NCBI GenBank assembly: GCA_028826165.1
Contig: JAPDFW010000074.1
Coordinates: 124,001 to 188,000, forward strand
Direction: 5' to 3'
Origin: Anaeramoeba ignava BMAN
Taxonomy: Eukaryota; Protista; Anaeramoebae
DNA: 64,000 nucleotides
Part shown: positions 24,340 through 35,926 of the stretch, piece after piece
Numbering within the stretch: the first letter of the stretch is position 1
Layout of the letters: the number at the start of each line of letters is the position of its first letter
Program-made: the position numbers and the translations under genes
The notes under the pieces: model-generated
What the model was told of the DNA's origin: nothing
Seen by the model: the letters and a program-made list of their open reading frames with translations, nothing else
Databases searched by the model: none

Positions 24340-26030
24340 ATTAATAATTAAAAAATAAACTTTTCTAATTAATAATTTTTAAATTTTAATAAAATATTTA
24401 TTATTTACAAATTATTTAGAATAAATTTATAAATAAATTATTTTTGATTTTAATTATTAATTTTGAAATAATTTAAATAAAATAATTTAATAATTAAAAT
24501 ATACTTTTCTAATTAATAATTTTTAAGTTTTAATAAAATATTTATTATTTACAAATTATTTAGAATAAGTTTATAAATAAATTATTTTTGATTTTAATTA
24601 TCAATTTTGAAATAATTTAAATAAAATAATTTAATAAATAAAATATACTTTTCTATTTAATAATTTTTAAGTTTTAATAAAATATTTATTATTTACAAAT
24701 TATTTAGAATAAATTTATAAATAAATTATTTTTAAATTTAGTTATCAATTTTGAAATAATTTGAATAAAATAATTTAATAATCAAAATAAACTTTTCTAA
24801 TTAACAATTTTTAAGTTTCAATAAAATATTTATTATTTACAAATTATTTAGAATAAATTTATAAATAAATTATTTTTGATTTTAATTATCAATTTTGAAA
24901 TAATTTGAATAAAATAATTTAATAATTAAAATAAACTTTTCTAATTAATAATTTTTAAGTTTTAATAAAATATTTATTATTTATAAATTATTTAGAATAA
25001 ATTTATAAATAAATCATTTTTAAATTTAATTATCAATTTTGAAATAATTTGAATAAAATAATTTAATAAATAAATAAACTTTTCTAATTAATAATTTTTA
25101 AGTTTTTAATAAAATATTTATTATTTACAAATTATTTAGAATAAATTTATAAATAAATTATTTTTAAATTTAATTATCAATTTTGAAATAATTTAAATAA
25201 AATAATTTAATAAAAATAAACTTTTCTAATTAATAATTTTTAAGTTTTAATAAAATATTTATTATTTACAAATTATTTATAATAAATTTATAAATAAATT
25301 ATTTTTGATTTTAATTATTAATTTTGAAATAATTTAAATAAAAATAATTTAATAAATAAATAAACTTTCTAATTAATAATTTTTAAGTTTTAATAAAATA
25401 TTTTTATTTAAAAATTATTTAGAATAAATTTATAAATAAATTATTTTTAATTTTAATTATCAATTTTGAAATAATTTGAATAAAATAATTTAATAAATAA
25501 AATAAACTTTTCTAATTAATAATTTTTAAGTTTTAATAAAATATTTATTAATTAAAAATTAATTAGAATAAATTTATAAATAAATTATTTTTGAATTTAA
25601 TTAATTTTTGAAATAATTTGAATAAAATAATTTAATAAATAAAATATAATTTTCTATTTAATAATTTTTAAGTTTTAATAAAATATTTATTATTTACAAA
25701 TTATTTAGAATAAATTTATAAATAAATTATTTTTAAATTTAATTATCAATTTTGAAATAATTTGAATAAAATAATTTAATAAAAATAAACTTTTTCTAAT
25801 TAATAATTTTTAAATTTTAATAAAATAATTATTTTACAAATTATTTAGAATAAATTTATAAAATAAATTATTTTTTTTTAATTTCAATTTTGAAATAATT
25901 TGAATAAAATAATTTAATAATTAAAATAAACTTTTCTAATTAATAATTTTTAAGTTTTAATAAAATATTTATTATTTAAAAATTATTTAGAATAAATTTA
26001 TAAATAAATTATTTTTGATTTAAATTAAAA
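24340..26030. repeat. 144-bp satellite, ~12 tandem copies
   Basis: The anchor CTTTTCTA recurs at 24360, 24504, 24648, 24792, 24936, 25079, 25221, 25365 (one T short), 25507, ~25650, 25790 and 25931, a period of 141-144. Confidence 0.95.
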
Positions 26031-26409
26031 TAATTGATAATTAAATAAATAAATAAAATATATTTAAATTCCACTTTTTTTATTTATTTTTTTTTTGCCT
26101 TCTTTTAATTAATTTTTTTTTTAATTTTTTTTTCATTTTTTTCTTTACAAAAACAAAACAAAAACAAAGAAATAAAAAGATATTTAAATTCCACTTTTTT
26201 TATTTATTTTTTTTTTGCCTTCTTTTAATTAATTTTTTTTTTTCATTTTTTTTTTCATTTTTTTTCTTTACAAAAACAAAAACAAAAACAAAGAAATAAA
26301 AAGAATTTACTTTTATTTTTTTTATTAATTTTATTATTCACACACAAAAACACAAAAACAAACACACACACAAAAACACAAAAACAAACACACAAAAACA
26401 CACAAAAAA

Positions 26410-26509
26410 GTAATTAAAAATTTATTTTTTATTTTTTATTTTTTAAATTCCATTTTTATTTATTTAATTAATTAATTTAATTTCAATAAAATAAAATAAA
26501 ATAAAATAG
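26410..26509 (+). other. Probable 5'-UTR intron of BTB-TLDc copy 1 (equivalent in copy 2: 29663-29765)
   Basis: GTAATT...AAAATAG ends 4 nt before the ATG in both copies. Confidence 0.5.
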
Positions 26510-26513
26510 GAAA

Positions 26514-28173
26514 ATGGATAATAATAACAATAATAATAATAACCAAATTGAAAATCAAAATCAAAATCAAAATCAAAATTGAAAATCAAAATGAAAATCA
26601 AAATGAAAATGAAAATGAAATGAAAAATTTAGAAAAAAAAGTAACAAAAAATTTAATTAAAGATTATTCAAACCTTTTAAATGGAAATTCATTTAAAGAT
26701 TTTTCAATTTTTGTTGAGAATAAATCAAATCCTTTTGAATTTAAAGTTCATAAATCAATTTTATCTTCAAGATCTCCTTTTTTTAATGAATCATTAAGGC
26801 AAGAATCTCTTTCTATTTCTTTAAATCAATTTAATAAAAAAGAAATGGAATCAATTTTGAGTTATATTTATTATGGAAATATTTCTTTTGAGAATCAAGA
26901 AAATCTTATTCAATTATTAGAAATTTCAATTTATTTTAAATTAAATTTATTGAAAGAAATTATTCAAAAAAAAATTTTAAATTCAATTAATTATTCAAAT
27001 TTTTTCCAATTTTTATTCCAAAATCGAAATTTAAATTCAAATGAAATTGAAATAAAATGTTTTGAATTAATAAATAAAAATTTTTCCCAAATTCAAAATA
27101 ATGAAAATTTATTCAATTTAACTAAAGAAGAAATTATCAAATTTATTCAATTTAAACAAGAAAAAAAAGAAATTTTTCAATTTGATTTTTTTCAATTTTT
27201 AAATAATTGGATTGAAAAAAGAAATAAAAAATTAAAAGGAAAAAAAGAAAAAGAAAAAGAAAAAGAAAAAGGAATTGAAAAGAAAAGATTATTTCATTCT
27301 TTTTTTTCATTATTTGATAAAGATTCAATTTCAAAACAAGATTTTGATAAATTAAATCAATTTGATATTTTTCCTAAATCTTTTTTAGTTGATATTCAAA
27401 ACAAAGTTATTCAAGACAAAGATAAACAAAATCAAGAAATGAAAATTGAAATTGAAGATAAATTAAAAAAAGAACTTGATAAGAAAGATAAAGAAATTGA
27501 AGAAAAATGGAAGAAAGAAGTTGATAAAATGAAAGAAGAAAATGATAAAATGAAAGAAGAAGTTGATAAAATGAAACCTATTTTTGAACAACATCAAAAA
27601 GAAATTGAATTACAAAAAAGTTTTTTTGGATTATCAGATTCTGAAATTATTAAAGATATTGAATATGTTAAGAAATTAAAAGAATGGATAAATGATAATG
27701 ATTTTTTTTCTAAAATGAAAAAAGGATTTTCAGCAAAAAGAGATGGATTTTCATCTTCTAATTTTCATTCTAAAGCTGATAATCATGGAAAAACATTAGT
27801 TATTATCAAAACATCATCAAATTATATTTTTGGTGGATTTACTCAAGTTGGTTATAAATCAAATGTTAACAATTATATTAATGATTCAAATGCATTTATT
27901 TTCACATTAAAAAATCCATCAAATCATCAACCTCAAAAATTTACTTGTAAACTTCCTCAATATGCAATTTATTCTAATTCAAGTTATGGTCCAACTTTTG
28001 GAGGTCATGATATTTATATTAATCCAAATCTTAATCAAGGATCTCATACTAATTTTGGACATTCTTATAATACACCAAATGGAATTACTCCTCAATCAAC
28101 TCAAGCTCAAAATTATTTTACAGGAAATTATAATCAATGGCAAATTTCAGAACTTGAATGTTATTTCATTTAA
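26514..28173 (+). CDS. BTB/POZ - BACK-like - coiled coil - TLDc protein, copy 1
   Basis: BTB motifs KDFSIFV and FKVHKSILSSRSPFF; TLDc motifs SAKRDGFSSSNFHSKADNHGKTLVIIKT, YIFGGFT, GPTFGG and ISELECY. The ATG at 26514 matches copy 2; one extra A near 26576 shifts the first ~21 codons out of frame. Confidence 0.9.
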
Positions 28174-28499
28174 TTCCTCTTTTTTTTTTCAATTTTAATT
28201 TTAATTTTAATTTTAATTTTTAATTTTAATTCAAATTCAAATTTTAATTCCAATTCCAATTCAAATTCCAAATCAAATTCAAATTCCAATTCAATTTTAA
28301 TTTCAATAAAAAAACAAAACAATATTTTTATCTAATTTTTAATAATAAAATAAATAATAAATAATTAATTTAGATAAAAGAAATTATTATAAAATATAAA
28401 AATAGAAATAATTTTAAATTTAATTATTTATTATTCTTTATTTCATTTTATTAATAATTTTAATTCATTTTTTTCCTTTTTTTTATTTTCAAATTAATT

Positions 28500-29460
28500 A
28501 ATTTTAATAAATAATTAATCATTAATTTATATAGAATAAATTTTAAATAAATTATTTTTTCAATTTTTTATTTGAGATAAAATAATTTTAAAAATAAACT
28601 TTTCTAATTTATTTTTAAGTTTTAATTATTTACAAATTTTTGAAATAATTTTAAATAAAAAATAATTTTAATAATTTAAATAAAATAATAATAAAAATAA
28701 ACTTTTCTATTTAATAATTTTTAAGTTTTAATAAAATATTTATTATTTACAAATTATTTAGAATAAATATAAATAAATTATTTTTAAAAATTATCAATTT
28801 TGAAATAATTTGAATAAATTTAAATAATGAAAATAAACTTTTCTAATTTAATTTTTAAGTTTTAATAAAATATTTTCTATTTACAAATTATTTAGAATAA
28901 ATTTATAAATAAATTATTTTTGATTTTAATTATAATTTTGAAAATAATTTGAATAAAATAATTTAATAAATTAAAATAAACTTTTCTATTTAATAATTTT
29001 TAAGTTTTAATAAAATATTTATTTATTTAAATAAATTTATTTAGAATTTAAATAATTTTAAAATAAAATAATCAAAATTATTTTTCTATTTAATAATTTT
29101 TAAGTTTTAATAAAAATTTTTTTGAAAATTATTTAGAATAAAATAAATAAATTATTTTTAAATTTAGTTATCAATTTTGAATAAAATAATGAATAAAATA
29201 ATTTAATAATCAAAATAAACTTTTCTAATTAACAATTTTTAAGTTTTAATAAAATATTTATTATTTACAAATTATTTAGAATAAATTTATAAATAAATTT
29301 TTTTTTAATTATCAATTTTGAAATAATTTAAATAAAATAATTTAATAATTAAAATAAACTTTTCTAATTAATAATTTTTAAGTTTTAATAAAATATTTAT
29401 TATTTAAAAATTATTTAGAATAAATTTATAAATAAATTATTTTTGATTTTAATTAAAATA
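28500..29460. repeat. Second, more degenerate array of the same 144-bp satellite (~6-7 copies)
   Basis: Same unit (AAACTTTTCTAATTAATAATTTTTAAGTTTTAATAAAATATTTATTATTTACAAATTATTTAGAATAAA...) lies upstream of copy 2. Confidence 0.9.
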
Positions 29461-29769
29461 ATTGATAATTAAATAAATAAATAAAATATATTTAAATTCC
29501 ACTTTTTATTTATTTTTGCCTTCTTTTTAATTTTTAATTTTTCATTTTTCTTTACAAAAACAAAAACAAAAACAAAAACAAAAACAAAGAAATAAAAAGA
29601 ATTTACTTTTTATTTTTATTAATTTTTTATTATTCAAAAACACAAAAACTTTTACACAAAAAGTAATTAAAATTTATTTATTTTTTATTTTTTATTTTTT
29701 AAATTCCATTTTTATTTATTTAATTAATTAATTTAATTCCAATAAAATAAAATAAAATAAAATAGGAAA

Positions 29770-31526
29770 ATGGATAACAATAACCAAATTGAAAATCAAA
29801 TTGAAAATCAAAATCAAAATCAAAATCAAATTGAAAATCAAAATCAAAATCAAATTGAAAATCAAAATCAAAATGAAAATGAAAATGAAATGAAAAATTT
29901 AGAAAAAAAAGTAACAAAAAATTTAATTAAAGATTATTCAAACCTTTTAAATGGAAATTCATTTAAAGATTTTTCAATTTTTGTTGAGAATAAATCAAAT
30001 CCTTTTGAATTTAAAGTTCATAAATCAATTTTATCTTCAAGATCTCCTTTTTTTAATGAATCATTAAGACAAGAATCTCTTTCTATTTCTTTAAATCAAT
30101 TTAATAAAAAAGAAATGGAATCAATTTTGATTTATATTTATTATGGAAATATTTCTTTTGATAATCAAGAAAATCTTATTCAATTATTGGAAATTTCAAT
30201 TTATTTTAAATTAAATTTATTGAAAGAAATTATTCAAAAATTTTAAATTCAATTAATTATTCAAATTTTTCCAATTTTTATTCCAAAATCGAAATTTAAA
30301 TTCAAATGAAATTGAAATAAAATGTTTTGAATTAATAAATAAAAATTTTTCCCAAATTCAAAATAATGAAAATTTATTCAATTTAACTAAAGAAGAAATT
30401 ATCAAATTTATTCAATTTAAACAAGAAAAAAAAGAAATTTTTCAATTTGATTTTTTTCAATTTTTAAATAATTGGATTGAAAAAAGAAATAAAAAATTAA
30501 AAGGAAAAAGAAAAAGAAAAAGAAAAAGAAAAAGGAATTGAAAAGAAAAGATTATTTCATTCTTTTTTTTCATTATTTGATAAAGATTCAATTTCAAAAC
30601 AAGATTTTGATAAATTAAATCAATTTAATTTTTTTCCTAAATCTTTTTTAGTTGATATTCAAAACAAAGTTATTCAAGATAAAGATAAACAAAATCAAGA
30701 AATGAAAATTGAAATTGAAGATAAATTAAAAAAAGAACTTGATAAGAAAGATAAAGAAATTGAAGATAAAAACAAAGAAATTGAAGATAAAAACAAAGAA
30801 ATTGAAGATAAAAATAAAGAAAGTTGAAGAAAAAACAAAGAAATTGAAGAAAAATGGAAGAAAAAAGTTGATAAAATGAAAAAAAAGAAAGTTGATAAAA
30901 TGAAACCTATTTTTTTGAAACATGGAAAAAGAATCGAAAAGAAATTGAAATAAGAACCAATCAAAAAGAATTTTCCTCAATTTTCAGATTCTGAAATTAT
31001 TAAAGATATTGAATATGTTAAGAAATTAAAAGAATGGATAAATGATAATGATTTTTTTTCTAAAATGAAAAAAGGATTTTCAGCAAAAAGAGATGGATTT
31101 TCATCTTCTAATTTTCATTCTAAAGCTGATAATCATGGAAAAACATTAGTTATTATCAAAACATCATCAAATTATATTTTTGGTGGATTTACTCAAGTTG
31201 GTTATAAATCAAATGTTAACAATTTTATTAATGATTCAAATGCATTTATTTTCACATTAAAAAATCCATCAAATCATCAACCTCAAAAATTTACTTGTAA
31301 ACTACCTCAATATGCAATTTATTCTTATTCAACTCATGGTCCAAGTTTTGGAGGAGGTTATGATATTTATATTAATCAAAATTTTAATCAAGGATCTTAT
31401 ATTAATTTTGGACATTCTTATAATACACCAAATGGAATTAATTATCAAACAAATGAAGCTAAAAATTATTTTGCTGGAAATTATAATCAATGACAAATTT
31501 CAGAACTTGAATGTTATTTCATTTAA
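29770..31526 (+). pseudogene. BTB-coiled coil-TLDc copy 2, disrupted
   Basis: Colinear with copy 1. Indels occur in A/T runs (~30240, ~30270, ~30510, ~30820-30950), and a TGG>TGA nonsense change at 31491-31493 removes the last 10 codons. The indels may be assembly errors. Confidence 0.7.
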
Positions 31527-31788
31527 TTCCTCTTTTTTTTCAAATTTAATTTTAATTTTAATTTTAATTCAATTTCAATTTTAATTTCAATTTTAATTTC
31601 AATTCCAAATTCAAATTCAAATTCAATAAAAAAACAAAACAAAATTTTTATCCGATTTTGAATTTGTTTATGAAAAATTGTTTTTGTTTTTGTTTTTGTT
31701 TTTGTTTTTGTTTTTGTTTTTGTTTTTTTTTTTGAAAAATGAAAATGGAAAAGAGAAAGAAAGTTTTTTTTTTTGTAAAAGAAAAGAA

Positions 31789-34700
31789 TCATTTCCACAT
31801 TTTCATGATAGACATTGAACCATCAAGATCCTTTTTCATAACTTTTGAAACAGCCATTTCGAAGTCTTCTTGAGTTAAATGAATTCTTCTTTCACGAAGA
31901 GCATACATTCCAGCTTCAGTACAAACAGCTTTAATTTCTGCACCAGAAGCTCCAGCCATTTTATCTGAAATTTTCTTAAGATTTATTCCTCTAACTAAAT
32001 TCATTTTTCTTGAGTGAATTCTAAGAATTTCAAGCCGAGCCTAAATTATATTTCATTTTAAATTTTAATTTTAATTTTAATTTTAATTTTAATTTTAATT
32101 TTAATTTTAATTTTAATTTTAATTTTAATTTTAATTTTAATTTTAATTTTAATTTTAATTTTAATTTTAATTTTAATTTTAATTTTAATTTTAATTTTAA
32201 TTTTAATTTTAATTTTAATTTAATTTTAATTTTAATTTTAATTTTAATTTTTAATTTTAATTTTAATTTTAAATTTTTAATTTTAATTTTAATTTTAATT
32301 TTAATTTTAATTTTAATTTTTAATTTTAATTTAAATTTTAATTTTAATTTTAATTTTTAAATTTAATTTTAATTTAAATTTTAATTTTAATTTTAATTTT
32401 AATTTTAATTTTAATTTTAATTTTAATTTTAATTTTAATTTTAATTTTAATTTTAATTTTAATTTTAATTTTAATTTTAATTTTAATTTTAATTTTAATT
32501 TTAATTTTAATTTTAATTTTTAATTTTAATTTTAATTTTAATTTTAATTTTAATTTTAATTATAATTTTAATTTTTTTTAAATTTTAATTTTAATTTTAA
32601 TTTTAATTTTAATTTAATTATAATTTTAATTATAATTTTAATTTTAATTTTAATTTTAATTTTAATTTTAATTTTAATTTTAATTTTAATTTTAATTTTA
32701 ATTTTAATTTTAATTTTAATTTTAATTTTAATTTTAATTTTAATTTTAATTTTAATTTTAATTTTAATTTAATTTTAATTTTGATTTTAATTTTTGATTT
32801 AATTTTAATTTTAATTTTAATTTTTAATTTTAATTTTAATTTTAATTTTAATTCAAATCCAAATTCAAATTCAAATTCCAATTCAATTTCAAAATCAATT
32901 TTAAATTTAATTCAAATTCAAATTCAAATTCAAATTCAAAATTTATGTTTAAAAGTAATTTTAAATTTTAAAAGAAAAAAGCTACAGATTCATTAGGATT
33001 TGGGAATTCAATTTTTCTATCAATTCTACCAGGACGTAAAAGAGCGGGATCAAGAATATCAATTCTATTAGTAGCCATTAAAACCTTAATATTTTGAGAA
33101 GATTCGAAGCCATCAAGTTGATTAAGAAGCTCCAACATAGTTCTTTGGACTTCAGAATCACCGCCTCTAGAAGACTCTACTCTCGTGCTACCAATAGAAT
33201 CGATTTCATCCATAAAAATAATAGAAGGCGCATGGAGCCTAGCCATGACAAAGAGCTCCCTGACCATTCTGCTGCCTTCTCCAATGTATTTTTGAACCAG
33301 TTCTGCGCCACTAACTCTTATAAAAGTGCAGTCAGTATGATGAGCAACAGCTCTTGCCAAAAGCGTTTTTCCTGTCCCAGGTGGCCCGAATAGTAGCACG
33401 CCTTTCGGTTGGGATATCCCGAGACTGTCGAATAATTCTGGGTGTTTAATTGGTAGTTCAATCACTTCTTTGATCTCTTGAATTTGTCGATCTAATCCCC
33501 CAATCATGTCGTATGTTGAATCCGGCACTTTTTCTACTCGCATTAAACTTACTAGTGGATCTACTTTGTTCGGTAGGATCTTGTGAAGTCGATATCCGTT
33601 CCCGCTTAATGCTACTCGTGTCCCAGGTGTTAGTGTTGCAATGTCTATGTTTTTGCTGATTCCAACAACATATTTACCTTCAGGATGGATCTTTTTTTTT
33701 AGATTATTGTTTTTATATTAAATATTAATAAATTTGATTATAAAATTGTTTATAAAATTGTTTATTTTTATATATAAAATTGTTTATAAATTTGATTATA
33801 AAATTGTTTATAAAATTGTTTATAAAATTGTTTTTAAATTTGTTTATAAATTTGTTTTTAAAATTGTTTATAAATTTTATATAAATTTTAAATAAATTTG
33901 TTTATAAATTTGTTTATAAATTTGTTTATAAAATTATTTATAAAATTATTTATAAAATTATTTATAAAATTATTAATAAAATTATTTATAAAATTATATA
34001 TAAAATTATATATAAAATTGTTTATAAATTTGTTTTATAAATTTGTTTATAAATTTGTTTATAAAATTGTTTATAAATTTGTTTTATAAATTTGTTTTTA
34101 AATTTGTTTTTAAATTTGTTTTTAAATTGTTTATAAAATTATTTATAAAATTTGTTTATAAATTTGTTTATAAAATTGTTTATAAAATTGTTTTTAAAAT
34201 TGTTTATAAATTTGTTTTATAAAATTGTTTATAAATTTAAAATTATTTATAAATTTGTTTATAAAATTATTTATAAAATTATATATAAATTTGTTTATAA
34301 AATTGTTTATAAAATTGTTTATAAATTGTATATAAATTTTAAATAAATTTGTTTTTAAAATTATTTATAAAATTAATTATAAAATTTTATATATAAAATT
34401 ATTTATAAAATTATATATAAAATTATTTATAAAATTATTTATAAAATTATTTATAAATTTGTTTATAAAATTAATAAAATTATTAATAAATTTATTTATA
34501 AAAAAATTATAAAATTGTAAATATAAAATTATTAATAAAATTATTAATAAATTTGTTTTTAAATTTGTTTATAAAATTATTTATAAAATTATTTATAAAA
34601 TTATTTGTAAAATTATTTATAAAATTTATAAATTATTTATAAAATTATTGTTTTTATAAATTTGTTTATAAAATTATATATAAAATTGTTTATAAAATTA

Positions 34701-35747
34701 TATATAAAATTTTCAATTATAAAATTATATATAAAATTGTTTATAAAATTGTTTATAAATTATATAAAATTATTTATAAAATTTTTATAAAATTATTTAT
34801 AAATTTGTTTATAAAATTATTTATAAAATTGTTTATAAAATTGTTAATAAAATTGTTTTAAAATTATTTATAAAATTATTTATAAAATTGTTTATAAAAT
34901 TATTTATAAAATTGTTTATAAAATTGTTTATAAAATTGTTTATAAATTTGTTTATAAATTTGTTTATAAATTTGTTTATAAAATTGTTTATAAAATTGTT
35001 TATAAATTTGTTTATAAATTTTAAAATAAATTTGTTTATAAAAATTGTTTATAAAATTGTTTATAAAATTATTTATAAAATTGTTTTAAAATTGTATAAA
35101 ATTGTTTATAAAATTATTTATAAAATTGTTTATAAAATTGTTTATAAATTTGTTTTATAAAATTATATATAAATTTGTTTATAAAATTATTTATAAAATT
35201 ATTTATAAATTTGTTTATAAATTTGTTTTTAAATTTGTTTTATAAATTTGTTTATAAATTTGTTTATAAATTATTTAAAATTGTTTATAAATTTATAAAT
35301 AAATTGTTTATAAATTTGTTTATAAAATTATATATAAATTTTAAATAAATTTGTTTTTAAAATTATTTATAAATTTATTTATAAAATTATTTATAAATTT
35401 GTTTATAAAATTGTTTATAAAATTGTTTATAAAATTGTTTATAAAATTGTTTATAAATTTGCTTATAAAATTATTTTTAAAATTGTTTGTAAATTTGTTT
35501 GTAAAAATCTTACTTTAACAAGAGCTTTTTTCTTTCCCATTAATTTTACAACTTCTCCAATACTAGAACTAGACTCTTGTAATAATTCTAATTCTTCTTT
35601 TAAAAGTCTCACTTGAGAATTTAACTCATTTCTTTGAACTTCAAGTCTTCTTATATTTTGTTCTTTTTGTTTTAATAAAATTCTAGTTTCTTCAAGTTTT
35701 CTTTGATAATATTGACTTAAAGGTTTTTTTAAAAAATTTGAAGTCAT
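31789..35747 (-). CDS. RPT6: 26S proteasome regulatory AAA-ATPase subunit Rpt6 (PSMC5); exons 35747-35514, 33690-32986, 32040-31789
   Basis: [79 protein letters not shown] and a terminal KMWK. Confidence 0.97.
32058..32940. repeat. Intronic TTTTAA hexamer microsatellite
   Basis: Near-perfect array in RPT6 intron 2. Confidence 0.92.
33720..35505. repeat. Intronic 12-bp satellite (TTGTTTATAAAA/TTATTTATAAAA)
   Basis: Fills RPT6 intron 1. Confidence 0.9.
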
Positions 35748-35926
35748 TTTCTAAATAAAAGGAAAAAAGAAAAATGAAAAAAAATGAAAAAAAATTTTTG
35801 AAATTTAATTTTAATTGGTTTTTTTAAGTAATTTTGTATTGTTACAACAAACAACAAAATTGTTTTAGAATAGAAAGAACAACAACAAGAAAAAATTAAA
35901 AAAAAAATTAAAAAATTAAAAAAAAA

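Noticed and set aside
24340-26030. Regular repeat array as a possible CRISPR
   Set aside because: Units are contiguous with no unique spacers, there are no cas genes, and the context is eukaryotic.
31491-31493. TGA aligned with TGG as evidence for UGA=Trp recoding
   Set aside because: TGA is the terminal stop of RPT6 and of the RasGEF, and Trp is TGG in conserved positions elsewhere.
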